Positions 1 to 12,900 of a DNA stretch of 64,000 bases are shown piece after piece (within the stretch, counting starts at the first letter, position 1; each line of letters opens with the position of its first letter). A program made the translations under genes and the position numbers. The notes under the pieces are model-generated. The model had not been told where the DNA came from. It searched no databases and was given only the letters and a program-made list of their open reading frames with translations. The stretch spans positions 22,260,001 through 22,324,000 of the forward strand of contig NC_087250.1 of the NCBI RefSeq assembly GCF_037042905.1, written 5' to 3'. The stretch is from Lytechinus pictus. Lineage: Eukaryota.

Positions 1-846
1 ATCATAATTTTTTAAACAACCGGGTCTGGAAAAAAAATTAACCTATATTATAACTTTAAATCAACTGGGTCTGGAAAAAAGACTTTGAACTTATATTATA
101 ATTATTACATTTGGCGCAAATATTCACTACTGAATGACACGCGCCGTATAAGCTCAAACAACAGCAACAACAATTTTTTAATCTACCAGGTCTGGAAAAA
201 AGACTTTGGACTTATAATAATTCTTTGATTAACCGGGTCTGGGAAAAAAACTTTGCACATTTGTGCTATATGAACACATTATTATATGGTTTTAGTTTTT
301 AGTTACCGGGTCTGGAGAAAAGACTATGCTTGATTCTCAATTAACTCTTAGCGCATATAGTCGCAATACGCGCCGTTTAAGTGAAAACAACAACAAAGAC
401 ATACATTTCACCAATTTTAATAAACTGGGTCTGGAGAAAAGACTAAGCTGGATTTTCATTTTTATTCCACTGGAATATCACTATTGTATCTTAGTTTGGA
501 CTTATATTATAATTTTTGAAATGACTGGGTCTGGAAAAAAGACTTTGGACTTATATAATAATTATTTTAACAACCGGGTCTGGTAACATATTACTATAGG
601 ATGTTAGTTTCGAACGAGTTCGCCAAAAATCCCTTCAAATTTATTACATTTGTGGGTAAAGTCATTATTACATTTGTGGGCGATCAAAAATTATTACATT
701 TGTGGGTAAAGTGGATTATTACATTTGTGGGTAAAGTGGATTATTACATTTGTGGGTAAAGTGTTATTACATTTGTGGGCGTTGTCACATTTGTGGGTAA
801 AGTTTTATTACATTTGTGGGCGTTATTACATTTGTGGGTGTAACAC
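1..846. repeat. End of a repeat element with subterminal arrays (AACCGGGTCTGGAAAA units, then TTATTACATTTGTGGG units), ending TGTAACA
   Basis: About 8 dispersed GGGTCTGG units in 1-585 and about 9 ACATTTGTGGG units in 640-840. Confidence 0.65.
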
Positions 847-947
847 CCCCCCCCCCCCCCCGCCTCCCTGAAAAAAAAAAATGAAATAAAACCCCTTGAC
901 GTGTAGTTCGTTTGGATATGGCTTGTATGTTGGAAAATTTGACTTAC

Positions 948-1127
948 TTTCCCACAGCTCTGTAAAGGGGAGTTTTCCCACTGATAGATGTTGTCTCTAA
1001 GTTTGCACCGTATTCACAAAGTACTTTCACGCAGTCCATTTTTCCATTCTCGATGGCTTCTTGAAGCGGTGTCCATTTATTGTGGTTTGCGGCTTCTAAA
1101 CGCTGTTTCAATTGTTCCTCGTTCTGA
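948..1127 (-). CDS. Ankyrin exon ([59 protein letters not shown])
   Basis: ANK consensus; the GTAAGT donor shows the gene continues past the window edge. Confidence 0.92.
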
Positions 1128-4100
1128 CTATGAAAGATTTATAATAAGCATTTAGAGAGGTACAGTATGTGCTTCGAAATGAGCTTAAAACAGACATGAG
1201 TTTCCTACATGATTTATACGCAGCCATACATTTCCAATCCAACTATTCATGTATAATGTCTACATTTTGTTTAGGGTGTTTTTGCTAAAATAAAGCGTAA
1301 GTGAAGTGATTGATTAATTTCTTTTTTTCTCTCTCTCTCTCCTGAACGACGTTCGGCAGAACCTAGACCCCCTATCCATCTACATCATTTACCTAGTGAC
1401 CTATATCATTGGTCATTGACATCATTGACGATCGATTCGCTAATGTCATCTTAAGCAGTTCCTGATTCCAGGGTAACAAGACGACCGGATTTCAATTCAC
1501 GGTCCCGTATTTCACAATTTCGCCCTGGACGTAGCGGTTCTCTTGTGCACTTCAACACCCAATACATTATTTCAAGCCAGAGATAAATAAATAACCACTT
1601 GCTGTAATTCAAATTAATCAAATACACCGTACATGTAACGATAAGACCCTAACATACTCCCCCCCCCCTCGAAAAATCTGTAAAAATGTAAGTGTTCGAT
1701 CCTTACGTGGTTTGTTCAAGAATCAAACGAAGAATCTCAGAATGACCTCCAATTGCTGCGAAATGTAGAGCAGTACATTTTCCATGTATAGTCTGTTTGA
1801 ACACAGGATAGGTTAGCCGTTAACAATCTTTCTAAAAATACAAATCTTGGACAAATATTGTGAATCAATCAAACTCTGTTCAGAATGAAATTGCGCTTGT
1901 GCTTTACCCATGCATTATTCATTTAGGACTTATGTGATACCTGACTGAAGCTAAGATGTAATTTAAAACTTCATTCTTTTATTACGACTACCATCACAAT
2001 AAACAATAGCAAAATCAGCTTTCAGCGGCCGCTTCAGCAAAAAGTGACCCCCCCCCCCCCCCCGAATGGGCAAAAGATAGACCCAGCCCGCATACATTCG
2101 TAATTCCGAAGCTTCGTTATTGCGAAGGTTCGGTCATTCCGAAGGTTCGTATTTCCGAAGGTTTGTAATTCCGAAGGTTCGTAATTCCGAAGGTTCGTTA
2201 ATCCGAAAACGAAATAAGGTTCGTAATTCCGAAGGTTCGGTAGTCCGAAAACGAAATGAGGTTTGTAATTCTGAAGGTTCGTTAATCCGAAAACGAAATG
2301 AGGTTCGTAATTCCAAAGGTTCGTTAGTCCGAATACTAAATGATTAACGAACCTTATTTCGTTTTCGAACCTTCGGAATTACGAACCTTATTTCGTTTTC
2401 GGATTAACGAACCTTCAGAACATCAAACCTTATTTTGTTTTCGGAATTTCGAACCTTCGGAATAACGCCACAAATGTTCGGATTAACAAACCCTTTTACG
2501 TTTTCGGACTAACGAACATCGAGGTGTAGGCAATTTGCGTGTTTCGGAATTACGAACTTTCGGAATAAAGACCCTTCGGAATTACAAACCTTCGGAATTA
2601 CGACGTGTAACCGACCCAGCCTGATATGTTAAATCATGCAGAACCAATTTTGAAATTCCTCCCTGATGGGATAGATGGCTGGCAAGGGTAAAAAAACAGG
2701 GCCAATACTATATTTAGGAGAGTGTGTTTCAAATTCTTTTTAGTTGGTAAGCTTTCTTTTTCGTCTTTTGTTAGGCACTTTCAGAGGTTCGACTCTTTAC
2801 AACCTAACTCGCCGTTGGTGCTTCATATATAAGAAATGACATGCCTTCATTCAGACTTTCTCTTTTGATGTATTTATTTGTATAATGTATAAAATGATAA
2901 TAATAATAATATAGTATTTATGAGGCGCCGATCTATCTAGTTGCCTATTCAGTGGTGCACTATATATTACCACGGCTGTAGCTCCAGCTGCTAGGTGCGC
3001 TTGGTGCATTCAAGGAATTAATCCTGCCGGGTACCCATTCACCTCACCTGGGTCGAGTGCAGCATAGTGTGGATGAATTATTGCTGAAGGAAAACACGCC
3101 ATGGCTATGATTCGAACCCACGACCCTCTGTTTGAAAGGCAAGAGACAGAACCACTAGACCACGACGCGCCCACGGGTACAGTAAAACCTCATATACAAA
3201 GCCATCCATGTGACGTGTAGTCTAAAGGCGACCGCACACCTTACGACTGGTCTGCGACCCGATTTTGGAACAAATCGCATTTTGCTCATTTTCTGAAGAT
3301 GTGAATGGAACATATCATTTTATTTGAGGTTAAAATTAATTGAACTAATAATATTATAACAATTTTGAAAGATTGCAAGTCCTTATTTTGGAGTAAAGTC
3401 CAAATTAGTTTCAAATCGTAGCCAATCGTACGACTGCCATGACGTCATTACGACTAGATATTAAATTCGCTTTTATTCTAAGAAGGATGATAGCATAGTC
3501 ACGAATTTTATCATAGGTATTCGTACGATGATTTAGAACATTACACAGTAAGATATTCAAAGTCTTAATATTAGCATCAAATTCTATTACATTTTATTCT
3601 GAAATCGGGTCGCAGACCAGTCGTAAGGTGTGCGGTGGCCTTTATACACTTGATATACGAATTCCAGTTTGTATGTCAGAATAGTGTAACCTAATCTCAA
3701 GTAGGGCAGGCGTACCTTCACGTCTATATCTGCTCCTCTTGTAATAAGAATCTCTGCACAGTCGTACACCGATTTAGCTGCTGCAAAAATCAGCGGAGTG
3801 TATCCATCGTCATCAGGCGCATTGATATTCGCTCCCTTGTCGAGCAGGCACTTGACGCATTCCGCGTTGCTTCTTCAATGGAAGAATAAGAGACAATATA
3901 TCAAGCTATTCCGTAATTACTGTGGTAATACATATTTCGAACATCTATTCCTTAACATGCTCAATGACTAGGAAGTTAAAAATACTGTATCATATTAATA
4001 TTTCTTTTCCTGACGTTATCAGGAAATTATTGTACAAGTTATTTCACGTCTTACGAACGAAGTATTGGCCAATACATTTGTGTAGAATATTCAGATATTT

Positions 4101-6934
4101 ATACAACTAATGCTCTAAGTCTTATTAAAATAAATTCACTCTATATCAAAAGAAAAGTAAAAAGAACCTAGGGAATGAACAATTCAATCAATTCAGGCAA
4201 AACAATGATTTGAAAAAAAAGTAATATACTGGGATTCGATTACTCTGATTGGATGATGCTGTTTATTTTGATACACCTGTACAATGGATGTTCTTGAGTA
4301 TTTATGGGACTAGTTATTTGACCTCATGAAGCAATATAATAGTCCAGTTCGTAATTACTTCATGGACAATTTTAGTCAAATGACCTTTCATTTCTTTCAT
4401 TATGATAGGCAGATTTCAAAGCAAGATATTACGTAAGCTTGCCTTACATAGCAGGATGAAGAAATTGAATAGACCAGGGGTGGTATTCTGAAAACGTTCT
4501 TATCTTTCTTCTTATCTTTTATCTTATCTCATTGAGATAAGAAGACGCTAAAATCACTGCAAATCGGTATTCTGAAAATCTTCTTAACGCGTTTTTATCT
4601 TTGTAAGGACTGCCTCCTTCTTATCTTCAACACGCCCATTTTTAGGATATTACCAATCAAAATGCGCTTTATATTGGCACTTTAACCAATATAAGCATTC
4701 CTTATGTCAAGAGAATATCATGGGCGCTGTGTGTACACTGTTTCTGGCGCATTGCACGAAATAGGAATTTTATACGCAATGACTGATTATTATTTCGAGA
4801 CATGTGCACAAAATAAAGAAAGAAAGAAAGTAAAGATAAATAGAAAATAAAGCAGACCTGTACGAATAAAGAATAAAATATGAATAAATAAAGTAAGTAG
4901 ACAGAAAGGTGTCAGAATGAAGCAGGAATAAAAAAAAAGATGAAAGGAACAAAGCAAAAAAATAATGAAAGAAAGAAAGAGTAAACGAAAGTAAGCAAGC
5001 AAAAAGAACTTAAAAATAAAAAATAAAAAAATAATAAAATAAGGAAAAAAAATAAAACGATTATCAATGATACAGTGAGGAAGAAAAAATGAAGAAAGAA
5101 AAGAAAGAAACTTAAAAGAAAAAAGTAAAAGGACAAAATAAAAAAGAATAAAAAGAGAGGAAAAGGAAAATGAAACAAAGAAATAAAGATGAGAGAGAAA
5201 AAATGAAAAGAAAATTAAAGCAAAAATAAAGATTACAGAAAGATAAAAAGAAAGAAAGGAAAATTCAAAGAAAGAAAAGGAACGAAAAGGGAAAATAAAA
5301 AGTCAGGAAAAGTGAAGAATTAATTAAAAAAAAGAAAACAGAAAAACATTAATGGAAAGAATAAAGAAAAATATTTTTTTTAATTGATAGAAGAAAGACA
5401 CAGAGAGGAAAGTAAAGAAAGAGCGTAAATAAAGAATGAACGAAAAAAGAATGAGCGAAATAATGAATAAAACACAAGAAAGTCATTAAATAAGACACAA
5501 GAGTGTCAGGAAGCAGAAAAAAAAATGAAAGAAAGAACAAACGAATGAACGAAAAAAGAAAAAAAAAAGAACCCAAAAATTAAAAATAAAAAAAAATAAA
5601 AATAAATAAATAAGGGGAAAAAATTAATATTAAGGGAAGGAAGAAAGAAAGAAAAAGGGGGAAAACGGAAAAGCACATATAAAGACGAAAGAATGAAAGA
5701 AAAAAAAGGAAGAAATAAAAAGATTACAAAAATGTGACGGAAGAAAGAAAATGAAAAGAAAAGAAAAGGAAAGGAAGAGAGAAAGGGGAAAGAATAAAAG
5801 CAGAAATAAAGACTTATTCAAGAAAAGAAAGAAAGGGATAAAATGAAAAGGGAAAATAAAAAAGGAAGAAAGGTGAAGAATAAATGAAACAAAGCACAAG
5901 AAAAGTAAAGAAATTAAAAGATTCAAAAAAATAAAACAAAAGATATAAATGAAGAATCAACTTAAAGAAAGAAAGAAAGACAAACACATAGAAAGGAAGA
6001 AAGACAGACAGATATAAAGGAAGAAAAAGAGAAAATAAATAAATAAAGAAAGAAAGAAAAAAGGGATAGAAAAAAGAGACGGGAAAATAAAGGGTGAATG
6101 AAAGAAAGGGTGGGAGGAATACTTGTGGGAACTTGTTACTAATAGTGGCCATCGATTTCAAGCAAGAAAGAACGCGGACATCGTGAGATGTGATAACCCT
6201 CTAGCTATCTTAAATATTATCATAAATATCGTGAAAGATAAGAAAGAGAAAAGATAAGAACGTTTTCAAAATACCACTTATCTTCATTTTGTTCTTATCT
6301 TTTTAGCGCGCTTTTGTATTACATGCGCGAGTAATACATTTACGCGCTCAGCATAGGATGTTAAGCAAGATAAGAAAAAGATAAGAACAAAATATAAGAA
6401 CGTTTTCAGAATACCAATTTGAGATCGTGACGTAGATAAGAACAAAATTAAGATAAGAACGTTTTCAGAATACCGCCCCAGGGGCGGTATTCTGAAAACG
6501 TTCTAGGGGCGGTATTCTGAAAACGTTCTTATCTTAATTTTGTTCTTATCTACGTCACGTTCTCAAATTGGTATTCTGAAAACGTTCTTATCTTTTGTTC
6601 TTATCTTTTTCTTATCTTGCTTTCCATCGATGCTGAGCGCGTAAATTTATAATTCGCGCATATGATACAAAAGCGCGCTAAAAGATAAGAACAAAATAAA
6701 GATAGGTGGTATTCTGAAAACGTTCTTATCTTTTATCTTTCTTATCTTTTTACGATATTTATGATAATATTTAAGATAGCTAGAGGGTTATCACATCTTA
6801 CGATGTCCGCATTCTTTCTTGCTAAAAATCGATGGCCACTGGTAGTAACAAGTATTCCTCCCACCCTTTCTTTCATTCACCCTTCATTTTGCCCATCTCT
6901 TTTTTCTATCCCTTTTTTCTTTCTTTCTTTTTTG

Positions 6935-6986
<52 letters not shown>

Positions 6987-9900
6987 TGTTTCTTTGTTTC
7001 TTTCTTTCTTTCTTCATTCTTCCTTTCGTTCTGTCTTTCTTTATTTCATTTATTTATTTTCTCTTTTTCTTTATTTTTATCTGTTTGTCTTTCTTCCTTT
7101 CTTTTATTCTTCATTTAAATCTTTTAACTTCTTCCTTATTTTTTGCGTTATTTTATTTATTTTTTACTTTTCTTCCTTTTTTTATTTTCCCTTTTAAATT
7201 TTTCCCTTTTTTTTTTCTTTCCCCTTTTCTCTCTTTCTTTCTTTTCCTTTTCTCTCTTTCTTTCTTTTCTTTTCTCCCTTCACTGTATTTTTTGTAATCT
7301 TTTTATTTCTTCATTCTTTTTCTTTCTTTCATTCTTTCGTTTTTATATTTTTTTTTGTTCATTTTCTTTGTTCTTTTTTTCTTTCTTTCCTCTTTCACTC
7401 AATTTTTTTAAATTTTACCCTCATTCTTTTATGTTTTCTTTCTCTTCTAATTTCTTTCATTTTATTTTTTGGTTCTTTTTATTCGCTCGTTCGTTTGCTC
7501 TTTCTTTCATTTTTTTTATTTCTGCTTTATCACCCTAAATGTGTGCCTCATTTAGGCCTACTTTCTTTTTTCTTTATTTCTTTCTTTATTCTATTTTTTC
7601 GCTCATTCTTATTTCGTTTGTTCTTTACTCTTTTTTCTATTAAGTTTTAAAAATCTTTCTCTTTATTCTTCAAGTGTCTTTCCTTTTCCTTCTTTATTTT
7701 TCCTTCAATTTGTTATTCCTCTTTTTATCATTGATTATCATTCTATTCATTCCTCCTTTTTCTTTCTTGTATTCTTTCCTTTTTTATTTCTTTAGATTTT
7801 TATATTTTCTTTTAAGTTATTTTTGCTTGCTTTCTTTCGTTTACCTTTTCTTTCTTTCATTGTTTTCCGCTCTGTTCCTTTTATTTTTTAAATTTCTGCT
7901 TCATTCTGACCCTTTTCTGTCTTCTTACTTACCTACTTACTGTCTTTCTTCCTGTTTTATTCTTTATTCGTAATTGCTTTCTTTACCTTTTTCTTTACTT
8001 TCTTTCTTTATTTTGTGCACGTGTCTCGAAATAATAATCAGTCGTTGTTGCGTATAAAATGCCTATTTCGCGCAATGCGCCAGAATCAGTGTACGCGCAG
8101 TGTCCATGATATCCGCTTCTTTTGGTTAAACTGCCAATATAAAGCGCATTTTGATTTGTAATATCATAAAAATGGGCGTGTTGAAGATAAGAAGGAGGCA
8201 GTCCTTACAGAGATAAGAACGCGTTAAGAAGATTTTCAGAATACCGATTTGCAATGATTTTAGCGTCTTCTTATCTCAATGAGATAAGAACAAAGATAAG
8301 AACAAAGATAAGAACGTTTTCAGAATACCACCCCAGGTGACTAGAATAGCACACCAATGAACACTTTATGAAGGTATTTGTTGCATATACTTTGAATGCA
8401 TATCATAGCATGTTGCACATTGTACTTGACAAACTGTGAAATACCAGTCGTTCGTGGACGCATTGTTGTTTTTTGTGGATGTAAATGAAAACCACTATTC
8501 AAAAGAATATATGAATAATCAATGAAGACATCTAAGTTGGTGCTTATCTCATTAGATTTTAAACCACAATGTCACTTTAGTTCAAATGACCTTCCCCTGA
8601 TCATGCGTAGAATATTTTATCATGCGCAGAAAGGAACTACGAACTGGCTTATTGATTGATAACAAAATCCATGTGTGTCATGTTTGAAAATAATCATCTT
8701 TCCTTTCAAGTCATTATGTACCTGATAGATGAGTGAGAAAAAATAAAGTTGAACCTATGAGGGGCGACGCACAGTGGGCCGGGGCGAAACAAAAGTGCGC
8801 CAAAAGTCATTTTGGGCAATTTCAGATTTTTAATTTTTGTCATGCCCAGCTGAAAGACATCACTTTGAAGAATACTTCAGCAAAATATTTCATTCCGGAA
8901 TTTGCATAAAGGTTGTTAATTTCCTACCTCAAATCGTAAAATGTGACATTTTGCGAAATGCCGCGTATATGACAACCTAAAATTGAAAAACAGGCGATTT
9001 CACAGGAGGTTTTCCATGTAGGAATCTGAAATGGCTCCTAAATAATCCTGATATTTTCCTTTTTAGTGTGAAAGGATTCAAAGTAGATAAAAGACACCTT
9101 TCAGGAGATTTGTAGGATGACTATTACTCGAAATAGGCTGAAAATCCATGTTTTTTGCATTTACATTAGAAACGTTTATATTTCCGTGGATTTCCGTCTA
9201 AATTCTATCAGCAACATTTTACACGATGTCCAAGCTTTAAGTCGATACCAAACTTAGCTGCCCGTTTTTATGTAAAGCCGATTTTACTTGACACATCACC
9301 CCCCAAAACGGTCATTTTTATACCGCGCAGTCATCGCAGCGCACCGTATGGGGTGTATCACTTTTGCACGGCGAGGACGATTTCCATTCCATGAAAATGA
9401 CATGAATTCCGGGCATAATGTCAACAAAATAAAGGTTGCTAACGCAAATAAGGGCTACCCAAAACTCTTCCAGAGATAAAACTTACTTGTAGAATAATTT
9501 CAGCCAAAAACCCTCCTCATAGTGATGGTGTTGTATACTCTGCGTTTTGCACAAGACTGCTCTAGTCATTGCACAAGTCAACACAGCTTGATAAAGCACG
9601 GTTAAAATTTTTCAGATTTTGAAGTATTTTTAAACAAATCTAATTAATGATCATTTTGATGCCATAAGATAATTTTCGGCATCTCATACACACTTTTTAG
9701 GCATGTGGGAAGCATAAGCCAACATTCACTTGTCAATAGTAGCACATAACACAAGGTTACGTACACTGTTTAGCGTAATTTGTCTTTTTATGATAGGTTT
9801 TATTAAAGTAGCCAATCAAAATTTGGTATCAAGGTGACGTCATATCGGCTTTAAATTATGTTCAGTCGATTCTACGCCCAAAATCACCCTTAATCAACAT

Positions 9901-12900
9901 GTTAAAGTTAAAATCTAACACGGAATATAATTTTGGCGCACTTTCAACTCATTCTGGCCCACTGTGCGACGGTTCGACCTGGTCTTTGGGTTATCGTGAA
10001 GGCTCGATCTCGTCAGGCCTAAACACCGAGTTGACAGCGTTATATTTAATTACGTATATACGAGACAAAATGACAGATGTGAATTAGGAGGTGCAGAATA
10101 TGTTCCTTCACATCACATGGCATAATTACCGACTTTTTCGAGGTCCGTATAAATATGTTGTTCCTAGCTCGCACAATATCTCCCATGAAGGATCCCAAAC
10201 GTTTTCGGCCACAGCGACGTGAAGGGGCGTAATCCCACCATCTGCCTAAATTGGTAATAACAATCACAAGAAGTTCATCTAAAATAGGCCTACTAAACAG
10301 ACAATGCAATAGATCCGATCCATTAAAACTATTGTAATTCTGATTTTGGCCAAATTGAATCTAAATTCAATTAAAAAGCATAAATGGATTTCTAAATTTC
10401 GAATTGATCAATCATTGAAAATTTGCGATCATTCCGTGACAAAAATTACGTCCCCTTAGAAAAATAATTGTTTAATGTATTACCCCAATCGAAATATTGG
10501 CAACAGAGCATCATCAACATTGGTTAACACGCTGATTTTGTTTGATTTCTACAACATGTGACCTTTCTTTCTACATAATTATATGCACTCGCTAGTTTAC
10601 AGTTTAAGGCGCATGAGTTAGCAACACTACCAAAAAACATTGCAAAATTATTCATACCATGTATACCATATTTCATAACATATTTCACGTGAGCATGACT
10701 TCTACTTTCTTGCAGACGTTTAGTTATTTCAATACATAATAAATTGATTTAAACGTCTAAAATAGAGATACGAGAATTTCAGCTTGTATTTGGAGTATTG
10801 TACGCTTAACCTGGAGTTCAAATACGCTGATATCCAAGCTGCATGACAAAAAGTAGCACTAAAGCAAGGGCAATAGGCCATTCACATGCTTCAGCTTTCT
10901 GTTGTCATAGTTGTTTCGATCAAAGTCGGTACTAACAATGGACCATGGTACTTTTAAATGTCTTTATATCTAAATATGGTTGTTGTAATGTAGAGTCCCT
11001 TGAATTTATTCGTTTGATACTATAGAGGGCGTCCTAATTTTTGGAATGGGCACGTCTGTGCTTTTACTCATACAGATACTGAGACCCGTTCCCACTCGAC
11101 TTTCACCTCTACATCTTTTTGGCGACGAGGATGGGATGGAATGGGTCTCTGAGCATAGTCGGATCCAGGGGGACCCGAGGGGCCCCCCCCCCCTATTGGC
11201 GGAACCAAAAAAGAAAACAAATGAAAGAAAAAGAGGGAAAAGAGAGGAGAAAACAGAAGAGGAGGAAGACGAGTGAATAAAAAAAATTAAATGAGGGGAA
11301 CACTTGGAAATTAAAATGAATCTTCCATGTCACAATGTAAAATTTTCGCTCGCACTGTCAGGTGATTTACATAACTTGTTCAATATGGAGCTTAAATATC
11401 AAGTTTGGAAGTCAATATACAAAACATATTTCACCTCGGAAATCGAACTTTCATTATTTTCGTGTGATTTGCAAATTGATTTGTATAAAGTGCTCTGTAA
11501 AAATGTCAGTTTTATGGTCTAAATATCAATATTTTCTGCTCGTGCTGCGCGGTCGCCAATTTTGATTTATTATTCTCGTGTATTCCATACAGTTTTCAAA
11601 ATATCCCTTTTCAGGTCTGATTGTCAAAACGTATCAGCTAGCGCTGCACGCTCGCATTTTGATTGGCGAGTTATGTATGTGTCAATATTGATTACACAAC
11701 AAACTACTTAAAATCCCCTTTTCATGACAGTTTATCAAAAATTTCGGCTCGCGATTTGCACTTGCATTAATTATGCATTGATATATAAGATATCAATTTA
11801 ATAATTAAATCGTCCCTTTTGTTTCATCTCGTGCTTAGCAAGAGGAATAGAAAGATAGTCATCATTTGCATATGATGACATGTCCTAAGGATGTCCCGGT
11901 CCTATGTCAAAACTCAAAGTAATAATAATTAAAAATATCAGCTCTTTATTAAGTGCGATCCATATCCACCTCACAATTTTTCAACAAAGTGCTTGAAATA
12001 TAGAGCTGAAATTTAACCTTTTTTTTAGATCGAAATATCAAATATTTCGCGCTCGCTTTGATTTTCATGATTAAAGATGTATTTAGAATGCCTAGATTTT
12101 AGGATTAAATCTGAAACACGCGCGTGCATCTGCTCGTGCTTTGTGCTCGCATTATTAATGTAGGAAGATCCCCTGTTAATCATCGTTTTCATGATTTACA
12201 ATAGAGTGTCCCGTTTTTAGGTCTAAATCTCGAATTTTTCCACTCGCGCTTCGCGTTCGCATCAATTGTTAAGTTAGCTATCCTGTTCACGATTACAAAT
12301 ATTGATTAAAATTTTCCATTCTTTATGTAGAAATGTAAAAGAAAAATCGGTTCAAAACGTATATACAAATTTTCTGCTCGCGCTTTGCGCTCGCATTATT
12401 AATTTAAGGAAGATCCCCGAGTACTCATCCTTTTTTATTATTTACAAAACATGAATAGAGTGTCTCGTTTTTAGGTCTAAATCTCGAAATTTTCGGCTCG
12501 CGCTTCGCATCAATTATTAAGTTATATACCTATAGGCCCGTATTCTGATAGCAGGTTTAATTTAACCCTAGTCTAAAGTTAACCCTGGTTTAACTAAACC
12601 TCCTATAAACCTCACCTCTGGTCTAAGTGTAGTTTAATTATTTTGGTATTCTGATAGCCGGGTTTAACTAAACCTGGGTTAAACCCGGGTTTCAAATTAT
12701 TTTTGGAAATAATAACCCTCTTTTAACCAAGACTAGCACCTTTTTGGTAAATTACTGCTGCAGGGATGATTGCAACAAAGTTGAAAAAATGTTACTAAAG
12801 TTGTTTTTTCTTAAAAATTTGGATTTTATAGAAACTAATTACAACTATTGTAGTGAAAGAAAATCATTCATCACCCATATATGGTAAGAAATTTTCATTA

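Noticed and set aside
640..846. Short direct repeats resembling a CRISPR array
   Set aside because: There are no unique spacers of regular length and no cas genes, and the context is eukaryotic; this is a subterminal repeat array.
2120..2347. Repetitive ORFs (RNSEGS / EPSELR)
   Set aside because: They are read-through of the CCGAAGGTTCG repeats of a foldback MITE.
4770..7973. Many Phe/Leu/Ser-rich ORFs resembling membrane proteins
   Set aside because: They are translations of polypurine/polypyrimidine tracts inside two transposon copies.
8770..9966. RAG or transposase coding capacity within the RSS-like element
   Set aside because: Only a 63-aa unconvincing ORF is present and no RAG1/Transib motifs were seen anywhere in the window, so the element is non-autonomous.
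10484..10910. Alternative candidates for the missing ankyrin exon
   Set aside because: They contain in-frame stops and no ANK motif; 10245-10130 fits both phase and motif.
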